Under the pieces are notes generated by a model, which saw only the letters and a list, made by a program, of their open reading frames with translations, made no database searches and was not told where the DNA came from. Shown in pieces: positions 25,301 through 37,228 of a DNA stretch of 64,000 nt. The stretch is taken from the NCBI GenBank assembly GCA_043228905.1, contig JBHGNT010000018.1:13702001-13766000 (forward strand), written 5' to 3'. Origin of the DNA: Azolla caroliniana (Eukaryota > Plantae > Polypodiophyta). Position 1 is the stretch's first letter; every line of letters begins with the position of its first letter. Made by a program: the position numbers and the translations under genes.

Positions 25301-27491
25301 ATTCCGACTCAATCGCTCATGTGGCCCACTTAGCTGGAATGAGATCAGACTCTCATCTAGAGTACAAAATCCTTCTTCATCTTTTGCCTGGATCGTTTCG
25401 GGCCCACTGGCCTCATCCTCCGGAATCGGGAGAGAGTACCATGATGCTAACTCATCAAATTAAACATCTCGGCTCACTCGAACTTGTTTTGTTCGGGGGT
25501 TATAACACTTATAACCCTTTTGCTCATGTGAGTAGCTGACAAGGATGCACTTCTCCGACTTCGGGTCAAGCTTTCTCCGCTTCTCCATCCGGCACATGCA
25601 CATATGCAATGCTACCGAATATCTTAAGGTGCCTTAAATTTGGCTTTTGCTTGAAATACAACTTGTGTGCTCACACCTTATCCCCGATCCGGTTTTGGAT
25701 GTAGACTGGCTGACCGGACCACTTCGGCCCAGTAGAACTTGGGCATGTTCTACTCTTCCAGTGTTGCGTGTGCCGCCTCCACAATTGACCGATTCTTCCT
25801 TTCAGCCACATCGTTTTGTTCCGGTGTGTATCTGCAACCAAATTCTCTCTGAATTCCCTTTTGTTGCAGATAACTGTTGAGTTGGAAGGAACAATATGCT
25901 TTTCCACCATCTGAACGCAAGCATTGGATCTTCCTCTCCATTTCCCATTTGACAAGACTTTGCAGGTTCCGGAAACAGTTGAAGACTTCGCTTTTCTTCT
26001 CAATGAGGTAGATCCACGTGTGCTGGCTATAGTTGTCGATGAAGGAGATGAAATATCGGCTCCTGCCAAGACTAACGTTCTGTGTTGATCCCCATACATC
26101 TGAATGCATTAGATCGAGCTTGTTACGGCTCCGGTTTCTTTTGGTGGGGAACAGAAGCCAGTGTTGCTTCCCAAGCTGGTAGGCTTCATAAATTTGGGCC
26201 TTCCGGCCACTAAATTTTGGCAATCCAAAAACAAGTTGTTTCGATTGCAGATACTGAAGCCTCCGGTAGTTGACATGGCCGATCTGCTTGTGCGAGAGTT
26301 CGATATCTTGTGCCAAAGATTGATGTCCGATTCAATCTTTTGTCCTTTGGCAAACAAGGCGGTGCCGACGTCATTGGTGTCGAGGATGAACATACTCCCG
26401 TCCCGGTGCCCTTGCACAATTATTCAACCTTCTTCCTCAATGAAGCACCCGAGGTGCGTAAACTACACTTGCATCCCTTGGTTGACGATTTGTCCGACCG
26501 ACACCAGGTTCTTTGTGATTGTCGGAACATGTAGTACGTTCATTAGCTTCCCTTTTGTCCGACATGGCTTAAAGGGACTTCTCCGGAATGCACAATCGGG
26601 TGAGGATTGTCGTCTCCGGTTTCGACAACTCCTGATTGCTCCGACTTTTCGAAAAACGAGAACCACTCTTTATGGCTCCTCATGTGGTTTCATGCTCCAG
26701 AGTCAATGTACCACACTTCGTCCAATCCAAAAGTGGTCTTCTTCATCGAGTTCGGCTTGTGCTTCATCACAAAGGCTGGCCCTTTTCCGGTCTTACTGGT
26801 TCCAGATCCTTCTGATCCTTCTACGTAGTGCACGCTTTGCTAGCTCCCTTGCCCGGTTTTCCCGGATCCGGATTTATCCGAATCGGCACGCTTCTTCTAG
26901 CACTCGCTTTCCTGGTGGCCTTTCTTGCCATAGCACCAACCTTCCGTGTCGGTTTTCCCTTGCTAGTTTCCGGTGCCGCCTTGACTCCCCCTGCTGGTGG
27001 AGCATCCAGAACTATTGTCGGCACTATATCTTTGCCTCCAGTTTTGCTCTTGTTGGTCGACTACATTGCGTGTCGACCCACTTTGTCCCCCACACCCACG
27101 GGGCCGATCCGCCTCCGTGTACAACATCCGACTGTCCGATTGAGTGGTCCTCGACACACTCACGTGGTTTTCTTCGACCATTAGCATCGATTGCAGGTCG
27201 AAGGACGGTGGTTTCTATCGAGTGCAAATCGATGTTCAGATTGATCCGTACGGATGTGCTAGACCACCACGGTAGATCTGGACCATCTCGTCCTCTTCCA
27301 CCATCACGTTGATGGAACCGAGTGCATCACAAATCTCCTTGATCTTGGTGGTGTAATCGGTGACCAACATGTCCCGTTGCCGGATACTGTTGAGCTCTAA
27401 TCGGAGCTGCAACTTCTAAGCCGTGGTACTTGCGGCAAAAATCTTCTGAGATTTTCCCAGGGCTCTTTCGGCGTTTTTGCATCCCTGATGT
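22357..27491 (-). mobile_element. Ty1/copia element D (same family as B, opposite orientation); 3' LTR 22357-22816; 5' end lost
   Basis: PPT at 22817-22825; RNase H (TKHIEVHYHFVRE); RT (YVDNL, YKARLVAKG); integrase (CLRSDGG, YTPEQN); protease; gag cut at 27491. Confidence 0.92.
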
Positions 27492-27786
27492 TGTCAGGAA
27501 TAGTACTAAAAATAGAGAGAGAATTAGTACTAGAGAAGGAAAGTACTATGAGGATTAGTATTAAGAGGAAGGGAGTGTGTAAGACTCACGAGAGAGAAAG
27601 AGAGAGGGAGAGAGGGGGAAAGAGAGAGAGAGAATGACGATAACAGGTGATATATTATATGAAGATTAAGTACAAGAATAGCTAGGAGGCTTAACACTAG
27701 CGTTGAACCGAATTGGTTCGAAATAATGCCTTGTGCCTCTTTTTATAGTCCTATCAGCAGTATTCCTGAAGTTTCTAGAATGTTCA
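27492..27786 (-). repeat. U5/R half of a Tcn1-like chromovirus solo LTR, split by element E
   Basis: Reverse-complement homolog of 60580-60852; resumes at 37094. Confidence 0.85.
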
Positions 27787-28284
27787 TGTTGTTCGCCGAA
27801 ATAGTAATCGACGGACAAGAGCACAGGAATAGGAAATAGTATAAGATTGTAACGCATGTAACGGTTCACGCGAGAAGTGTGAACGGCTAAAAGACCCTGC
27901 GTATATAAAGGGCAGAAAACATCTGATAGAGGGAGTGTGTAATTTTGGAATGTAAAGAAGCGTATCGTAATAGAATTCTATCTTCTCTGATATCTGTGTA
28001 TAGCTACGGCTAATCTACTGTGTGTCTGGAATACTTGAGAGTGTAGAAGTAAGAAACGTGAGTGTGTAGCCACTGTTAAGGAGTTCGGTTGTAGCCGTCT
28101 CCCTTATACGCTGCTAGGTTACGGGGGAGCATCCCCCTACGTATTACGCACAGAAGCCACCGTTCGTTGTGTCACAGTCACTTGGAGGTCTAGGTCGAAG
28201 GACTGACCGCAGACTGTGTTCCTAATCGGCAACACTTTTGGCACGCTTGGTGATCTGTGTCTTCTCACAGACGAACAACGACGA

Positions 28285-31200
28285 ATGGATGTTTAGCCGC
28301 AGACGCCCCAGAGAACCAACACGACAAGACCGGCCAATCACATGCCAGGCAGAGGAACGCGCACGGCAAAAGCCTCGCCTCAGCGACCTCAGTACTACCT
28401 GTCGTGATTACAAAGGTGATTTTTCTCTCTCCAAATACCTCGACGATACGGAGGGAGCATGCTCACCACAACAACACTGTGGTCTTTCCCGACCTACCGT
28501 AGCCCACAACATGGCCTTTGCCTATCCCCGCTTTAACGGCGAAACCGACGCCGCAACCCATATTCGCATGTTCCTCAATGTCTAGAATGCGAACCACATG
28601 GCGCAGAGCCTTTTTGAGGCGGTAGCGCACCAGTCTAAAATACCGGAGTTCGGGTTAACATTGGATGGGTGAGCGGCATTTTGGCATTCACAGATGGATT
28701 TGCTAGCCATCATGACCTTTGATCAGCTACAGTCCGCCTTCTTGAGGTTCTTCCATCGGAGGGTCCCACAACGCGAAATCCTCGGATGGTTCTATGCAAT
28801 TAAGCAACTGCCAACCGAGACGATCGCAGACTTCAACTTACATTTCCAAAATTTACGGCGGAAACTAGAACGGAGCCCCGCGGAGGACGAGGCTTGGGAG
28901 ACATTTATGGCAGCATTACGCTGACCCATACGGACAACGCTCAACAACAATAGCGTGAAAGGGGAAACAACGGATATGGTCATTGAACGAGTGTTACAAC
29001 TCGAGTTGGATGAGGAGGAAAGGTTTTCTATGTCCTTACGACAAGCATTACCCCAGGACGAGGAACGACAGTTTCGTCAAGCAATCTAGTGCACGATTTG
29101 CTTGAACTCGGGGCATTCCGCAATGGAGTGTAACATGCGAATCCACTGCCCAATCTGCCACTCAAAGGCTCACACAGTCGAACAATGCGAATACAATATG
29201 CTGAACAGAGCCGCTCCCACAGTACGCAGCATGGACACACAACGTCCCCCACCCCGTACTGAGCAAAGGAGGCAAGAAGACCGACCACGGTATGTGGATC
29301 GCAACCCACATGACGACCGGCACCACTGGAATTGCCAGAATCACAACGATTCCGAGGAAGACGAACTAGAGGATGAGGATTACCGTGGACCTCCGAGTTA
29401 TGCTAAAGGGGGCCGACGCTATGAGAATCACTGGTCGACAAACAAACGTGGCGGCTTCAATGGTTATCGTGGGAAGCCGCGGCAATATCGAGACCACCAA
29501 CAATATGACGAAAGCTCGAGAGATGAGCGACACCAAGAACCACGCCGGGACCAACAGCAACCACCGCGTGCGTTCCGACAAACGAGGCCGGACTGTGAGG
29601 AGCAAGTCGCACCAGGGGATTGACACACACCACCAGGAGCCGAGAAGGGCGAATCGAGCATCCATTGTTTTGTTTGTCAGCAGCCCAAACATTATGCCAT
29701 GCAATGCCCAACATGCAAGGGCAAGGGGCCCGCCATCAATATGATTACGACAGAAGTGCAGCAAATCAAGACACGCCAGCAAACAAAAACGGCTGATTGG
29801 GCCGCGCAAGATGAGATACGACGACAAGCCCAGGCATGGGTGGAAAAAGCAAACGCGACCAATACAAAGCGCATGCGGAAGGAGTCCGCGAATATGATGG
29901 AGCGAGTGGAGGACGAAGGACCGGCCCCGGACCCCATTTGGCAAGCATTAGCGGGCTGCGAGATAACGTTAACCATGGAGAAGCTGCTACAGCTAGTCCC
30001 ACGCTTCTGCCAGACCATGGAAGAACGGGTGACGGGCATACCCGGGGTGATCATCGCTACAAACCTTACGAATGTTAGCGACGGACTGCCTGTAGTGGAT
30101 CACCACAACCCGGCTATTACATTGATATTACACGGACAAGAAATTCCTGGATGCGTAATCGATGGCGGCTCAGGTGTTAATGTAATTAGCGCGAAAACAT
30201 GCGAACAGTTGGGCATTTCAGAATGGAAGGCTTGCCCATTCTGGCTCCGAATGGCAGATACCCGCTCAGTACGACCATTGGGGTTGATTTGCAAGATAGG
30301 CATTATCGTGGGTGGACATCGCTTTGACATCTCGGCGGTCGTCCTCGTCTTGGACGCCCCAGGGGCATACCCCGTGCTTCTGGGCAGACCGTGGCTTCGG
30401 GCAGCAAATATCAAGCAGAGCTGGCAACACAAGTGTATCAGTTTTCGACACGGACGCACGAAGGTTCGCGTACCTACGGAAGGAAGCACGCCACAATCCA
30501 AGGGTATAACACCATTATACGCAGAAGATATAAATATGCTGGCTGGGGTGGAGGATGCAGAATTAGAGGCATACCTAGCTAGACGAGCACCCTCTGATCA
30601 TTCCGCTGTTCGAAATCGACGTCATCGCAACCACGGCAGAATATGCCACGACCAGTATTCTCCACGACGAGGCTTACGAACCAAACCCAGAGTCCATATT
30701 GGAACTCAGCAGAGCATGAGCGACATTCGAAAGGGAAATGGAAATTTCATGACGAGTCACCGCCTACGCCTTGGAAGAAGTAAACATGAGTACGGAGTCA
30801 GAACCCCGTTTTCTCTCCATCGCAAAGGAATTAAGGCCGGACCAGAGAAACACAATGGTCGAACTACTCAAGAAATATAAAGATGTGTTCGCTTGGGCTC
30901 ACGAGGACATGAAGGGGTTAGATTCCAAGTTCTATCAACATAAGACCAATTTAGAACCCGACACAAAACCCGTCCAGCAGCGCCGTTACCGCATGAACCC
31001 GAACTACGCGACCCACGTAAAAGAAGAAATTAACAAACTCCTAAAGGCGGGATTCATACGGCTAGTTAAACAAGCCACATGGTTAAGCCCGATAGTAGTC
31101 GTTCCGAAGAAAAATGGCAAAATACGGGTATGCGTGGATTACCGAAAATTAAACGCCGTAACCATTACAGACACATTCCCTTTACCATTCACCGATAGCG

Positions 31201-33608
31201 TACTGGACGCCGTCGCAGGACATGAGATGTACAGTTTTTTAGATGGCTTTAGTGGGTATAACTAGGTACGCATGCATCCCGATGACCAAGAGAAGACGAC
31301 ATTTGTCATGGACTGGGTGGCAGTCGTCATGATGTTCGGGCTAAAGACGGCGCCGGCAACATTTCAACGGACAATTACGGAGATCTTTGGGGAATATATT
31401 CCGGCGTTCATGCAAGTTTTTTTAGACGACTTTGCAGTATATGGGAAAACAGTCGACCATTTTACGCATCTACAACTGTGCCTGGAACGTTGCCGCACCG
31501 CATGCTTAAGACTGAATCCTGCGAAATGTGCCTTCGGCGTGACCAGCGGGACTCTCCTAGGCCATATAGTCAGCAAGGAGGGAATAGCGGTCGATCCGAA
31601 CAAGATCTCCGCGATTACGCAAGCCAAAACTCCGACAAACGTGAAATCAATCAGCCCATTTTTAGGACAAATACGATGGCATAGTCGGATGATACGATAT
31701 TTGGCGGACTTCGCCACACCGTTACATGCTGCCGTGCATCAGACTCCCTTCCAATGGACCGCAACAGAGGATAAAGCCTATGAGGCGCTTAACATAATGC
31801 TCACACAGGCCCCTGTCGTACAACCACCAGTTTGGGCGAATCCATTCCACGTGTTCGTCGACGCCTCGGACATAGCAATAGGGAGTGCGCTAATGCAGCT
31901 CACCGAACCAAACTGGTACCAACCAGTGTAGTACGCTAGTAGCAAATTATCAACAACAGAGCGTAACTATTCCACAACGGAGCGGGAGGCGCTAGGGATG
32001 ATCTATAACATCAATAAATTCTGGCATTATTTACTGGGGAGGAAATTCACGTTCCACGTGGATCATTCGGCACTGCTGTATTTGGTGGAGAAACAAGCCA
32101 TGACAGGGAAATTGGCGCGATGGATGTTGCTGCTTCAAGAATTTGATTTTGTAATTCAGCACCAACCGGGGACGCAACACGCAGTGGCAGATTTCTTGAG
32201 CAGACTTGATAATGGAGAAACAATACAGAAGGATGATGAGGATTTTCCGGATGCCGACATCCTGCGGGTAGCCACACTAGCAGAAAGAACGAAATCGACC
32301 TTTCTGGACTGGTGGCTTATGGAAATGACATACTTTTTGACTACGGGACTGCCTCCACCACAATTATGCACGGACGAGAAGAAACGATTAGCCGTCCGAA
32401 GCTGTAACTTCTGCCTCGTAGAAGGAATTTTATATCACAAAGGAAGTGACAGCATTTGGCAACGCAGGGCGGGGTATGTCAGGATGAGAACGAAGCAGTT
32501 TTACGGGAGGCTCATTGCGGCACGACATGCGGCCATTACGCGGGCGATGTTACAACCCGGAAAATATGGCAGGCGGGCCTATGGTGGCCGACAACACAGA
32601 AGGATGCATACGAGTATTGTAGAAAGTGTGATTTGTGTCAACGGATGGGCCAGCCCACAGAGGGCGCAAGGATGCCACACCAGCCTGTATTACCATTAGA
32701 CCCCTTCCAAAAGTGGGGATTGGATTTTGTGGGCCCCTTCACACGGGTGGCAGCCCGTACGGGCAATAAATACATATTGGTAGCCACGGATTATTGCACC
32801 AAGTGGGTAGAAGCAACGACACTACGAGAAAATACGGCGGCCGTCACAACGAGATTCCTTTACGAGCACATCTGGTGCTGGTTCGGCTATCCGATTGAGC
32901 TCATTAGTGACCAGGGGAGCCACTTTCTCAAAACGGTTGTTCGAGAACTAACACATCATTACGCCGTAGTCCACAAGAAGAGTACGCCATATTATCCATA
33001 GGTGAATGGGTTAGCGGAATCCACCAACAAGACATTGCAGACCATCTTGAAGAAAATCGTCAAGGAAAATAGAACGGACTGGGATACCAAATTACAGAGT
33101 GCGTTATGGGCGTATAGAACCAGCTACAAAGCAAGCATACAGTCAACGCCGTTTCGACTAGCGTTTGGACTGGAGGTTGTGATGCCGGTAGAGTTTCAGA
33201 TACCCAATTTACGGATTCAGGTACGAGACCGACTATCGGAAGCCAAGTTGGAGGAGGTACGGCTCCACCAGCTACTTGAACTCGGTGAAAAACGCGTAGC
33301 AGGAACAACGACGGCGTAAAGCGTTTGTAGATTGACATAGGAACGCATGGGAAAAGGATTTCTCCGTCGGTCGTGCGGTATTGGTTTTCCAAACCCTCAT
33401 GGGCCATATGCCCGGGAAGTTACGATTCCGCTGGACAGGCCTGTACTTGATAATTGGAGCGGAACAAGGCACGTTCCAACTAGGTACGCTGGCCGGGGAA
33501 GTCTTATGACAAAAGGTGAATGGGTTTCGCCTTAAACCTTACCTAGGCCCTACGCCACCTAACCCATTCACCGCCGGACAGGACAAAGCCGGAGAAGCTG
33601 CGGTGTAA
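28285..33608 (+). pseudogene. gag-pol of element E
   Basis: YPRFNGETDAATHI; CCHC knuckles; VIDGGSGVN; FLDGFSGYN; FLDD; VFVDASD; WGLDFVGP; multiple stops and frameshifts. Confidence 0.92.
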
Positions 33609-33942
33609 GTGGACAACCCACTTGTATCATAATGTAAGAATAGGCTGTATGTAACCATTACGAAAAAGAAAGAAAGAGAAGATAGTGACACTATTAAAGA
33701 AAAAGGACTAAATGCATGCACAGACTCCTAGATCAAGAACACGCAGCACCACGATGGCTCACCGCTCAATGAACCCTAGGCCACAAAAAGAAGAAAATAG
33801 AAGATCTTCTGCACAAAATAGAAACCCACCTCCTAACCCTGAGCGCTCTCATCGCTCCCTTCCCTCACCTTCTCCTCCATCCTCTCACAGAGCTCCGACC
33901 AATCACAACCACCAGTCTCCTCTCCTTGAGCATACTCTGGCG

Positions 33943-36577
33943 ATGCCGATCTTCATCTCTACCGCCTTATGCCACTGGCTCGTGGAGAAACGCCTAGATG
34001 GGTACATCCGGGTCGTAGAGGCACCTCCACACCCGGATTCCATGGACATCACCAAAAAGTTGGACCTGTCATCGCTAGGTGAGAGGCATTTCGACATCCC
34101 TCCAGCAGAGGCGCTGCAGAGATATTTCGGTCCATATTCCTCCTCCGCGAAGGCCTATAGAACGAAGCAGATCCCGGATCCCTTCTTCCGTGAAGTCGCC
34201 AAGTTCCCACCTCGAGGCCTGCTGGCACCGCAACCCAGCAGATCCACGCCTCCGCCCCGATCCGCGATCCGTGAAGCGCAAGTTAGTGGAGTTAGCTGCC
34301 CTAGAGTGGGAAGAGGAACCCCAACCTGCCTAGCCAGACACATGGACAACGCAGGAAGAACAGCCGGCGCGCTCCGCGGAAGTAGCCGCAGAATCAGACG
34401 CTGAAACACGGCAGGATAGCTCCAGACCAAAACGGCGGAGGTTGGATAGGAAAGATGGGCGGGGATTAGTCAAAGACGTCCCCACGGCGGCAGAGACAAT
34501 GACTGAAGGTGATGGCTTCGTAGCTACGGAGCCCAATACCACCTTCAAAATCATCCGGGAGCCACGACCGATCAATACGACCTAGTCACAACGAGGGAAA
34601 GCCATATTAACGGCGGAAAGTGAGGTTTTGGCATATCCCAATATCCCGGACACAGCCCATGAGTTCAACACCCTCTTGCAGTTCGGAACCTCTTTTGAGC
34701 TCATGGAATTCCTGGCAACGCAACAGATAAAGGCCTCCCAATGAATGGCCGAGGAGCACGCGGAGCGCCAGATGATCGAGCACGCCCTAACACAAACGAC
34801 AGAGATCGATGATGAGGACCAGCTAGCCAGGGTCGGCAGACAGAGGAACGCCGGTGTACGCCGAGTGGGGATGGAGCTACCCCATTAAACACGGCCCTTG
34901 TTGAAGTCCAGAGGGAACTGGCAAAGGTCAACACGGTCGCCAAGGAGATGGCCATTAAAAATAAGAATGTCTGGAAGAAGGTGAAACTGACCCAAGCCGA
35001 GCTGCAAAAAGCCAACGAACGCATCGCGGAGTTGGAAACTAACGCGATGACGGCGCGACAGGCAACTCCGCCACCAAACCACGTCATCAACGCTTTGAAG
35101 GAAGAAATTGAGGCTCAGACCGCCATCGCCTCAAAAGCGAAAAGGGCTGTACAACTAGCTGAATCAGAAATTGACCGCCTTCGCGCTGAACTTCGCCAAT
35201 CCTCAGACAGGGAAAAGGATATCCGGGCTAATGGCCGGAAGGTAGTAAAAACCCTTGAAGAGAAACTCGTTGTGGAGGCAGCTCAACACACCCGGACAAA
35301 AGTAGAAAACGCCCAATTACGGGAGGAAGCGAAGAAGTCGGAGGCAGGAATCGCAGGACTACAGGCTTTATTGGAGAAAAAGAAGGTATGGTTCGACGAG
35401 AAGTTGGTGGGTGAACAGGAGAGAAGAGAAACTCGTTGTGGAGGCAGCTCAACACACCCGGACAAAAGTAGAAAACGCCCAATTACGGGAGGAAGCGAAG
35501 AAGTCGGAGGTAGGAATCGCAGGACTACAGGCTTTATTGGAGAAAAAGAAGGTATGGTTCGACGAGCAGTTGGTGGGTGAACAGGAGAGAAGGCATCAAC
35601 TCGAAATCCTCCTAAACAATGAAATGGGGAAACTAGAAGAACTCCATGCGAAGGAAGCCTAGTTGTGGGCGGGCATGAAGAGCACGTACGAAGAAGTGGT
35701 GGCAGTTAGCCAACAAGAAATTGCAAACCTCAAGAAGGCGGTAGAAGAAGCACGCAACCGCTGCTAGGCCATCACAGACAACGTGCGCATCCTTCTCCAA
35801 ACGAATCGGGAGAGGTTCACAGCGCAATTGAAAATGGCGCTAGACAAAGGATGGATGGTGTGTGCAGCCCAAGTGGCGGAATTGCACGCGTATTGTGCGG
35901 ACTGGGAGAACAGGCGAAAAGACGGCCGAGGCTTCTATAAACTCAATGAGGAGAGCATTGCGGCAGTACGCGAGGACCTAGCGTAGGACTATCGCGCGCT
36001 AGCGGACCAACATTCCGAAGAACTCACGCAGCTGTTAGACGATTTTGGGGAAAGCCAGGAGGACCTGTTTCACCAGATCACACAAGTCGACAGCACGTGA
36101 ATAAAGGCATTCGTCGTGCCACCAATTCCGGACACTGCCGAAGAAAAGGAACCTCGGCCCAAGTCACCAGACATTACAACTACGGTGAACAGCACAGCGG
36201 GGTCCCCCACATTACCAGATAACGACACCACGGCCCAAGAGGAACCCCATTTACCGGAGCATATGCTATCGGCCAACCACACGGAGAACATTGCGGACCA
36301 AGCGGAACCGCAACCCCACTCCCCAGAGCATACAACGACGACCGACACCACGGAGCAAGTGACGGAGGAGATAGTGCCGCGACCGACCGCAAGCCTGCCG
36401 ACGGCTGAGCTCAACCCCCTAGCCCAAGAAGAGCCCACAGAACCCGGACCGCCCACACAGGATGCTTGCGACACCAGGAGAAGCCCTCCCAAACACACAG
36501 GGAAACCACACCACGATGCACCTACAGGCCCTACGCCATCCCCAGACGCGGATACCGTAGTAGAGCCAAACATCTAG
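33943..36577 (+). pseudogene. eORF of element E: conserved N-terminal domain, long coiled coil, P/T/E-rich tail
   Basis: MPIFISTALCHWLVEKRLDGYIRVVEAPPHP...YFGPYSSSAKAYRT; heptad-rich ORFs 34948-35986; tail 36116-36577. Confidence 0.75.
35257..35588. repeat. 166-bp tandem duplication inside the eORF coiled coil
   Basis: GAAGAGAAACTCGTTGTGG at 35257 and 35423; shifts the frame. Confidence 0.9.
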
Positions 36578-36603
36578 GACATTTTGGAAGAAGATTAACG
36601 GGA

Positions 36604-36643
36604 TGGGTCCGACGTGCCAAGGCACTGTCCCACAGGCGTGCCA
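36604..36643 (+). other. tRNA-3'-end-like motif ending in CCA at the PPT position of E
   Basis: TGGGTCCGACGTGCCAAGGCACTGTCCCACAGGCGTGCCA, 2 nt before the 3' LTR; homologous to the minus strand of 1153-1191. Confidence 0.75.
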
Positions 36644-37093
36644 GGTGTCGTCCGCTGGAATAGTAACCAACAGACAAGAGCGCAGGAATAGGGAATAATA
36701 TAAGATTGTAACGCATGTAATGGTTCACACGGGAAGCGTGAACGGCTAAAAGACCCTGCGTATATAAAGGGCAGAAAACCTCTGATAGAGGGAGCGTGTA
36801 ATTTTGGAATGTAAAGAAGCGTATCGTAATAGAATTCTATCTTCTCTGATATCTGTGTATAGCTACGACTAATCTACTGTGTGTCTGGAATACCTGAGAG
36901 TGTAGAAGTAAGAAACGTGAGCGTGTAGCCACTGTTAAGGAGTTCGATTGTAGCCGTCTCCCTTATACACTGCTAGGTTATGGGGGAACATCCCCCTACG
37001 TATTACGCACAGAAGCCACCGTTCGTTGTCTCACAATCACTTGGAGGTCTAGGTCGAAGGACTGACCGCAGACCGTGTTCCTAATCGGCAACA

Positions 37094-37215
37094 GTTCCAA
37101 AGAAATCTGGAATATACATCAATTTTCTATAGCGAAATAATAAATATTACAATGTATAGCTTAATGGTAGGGCTTCAACCCATGTCACATTAGGTTCTGG
37201 GTTCAAATCCTTTAA
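37094..37215 (-). repeat. U3 half of the split chromovirus solo LTR
   Basis: GTTCCAAAGAAATCTGGAATATACATCAATTTTCTATA matches the reverse complement of 60535-60572; outer end lost or diverged. Confidence 0.8.
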
Positions 37216-37228
37216 ATGCTATATTCGG

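Larger units (their letters stand above)
27787..37093 (+). mobile_element. Full-length non-chromoviral (Athila/Phygy-like) Ty3/gypsy element E
   Basis: LTRs 27787-28234 and 36646-37093 (448 bp each); TSD GTTCA/GTTCC; PBS TGGCACGCTTGGTG at 28239-28252; gag-pol plus eORF; no PPT visible. Confidence 0.95.

Noticed and set aside
26161-27312. 383-aa plus-strand ORF (similarly 49585-50496 and 5012-5734)
   Set aside because: These are antisense shadows of gag-pol with no recognisable motifs.
37150-37225. Bona fide tRNA gene
   Set aside because: A and B boxes are present, but there is no convincing acceptor or anticodon stem, and the sequence lies inside an LTR.
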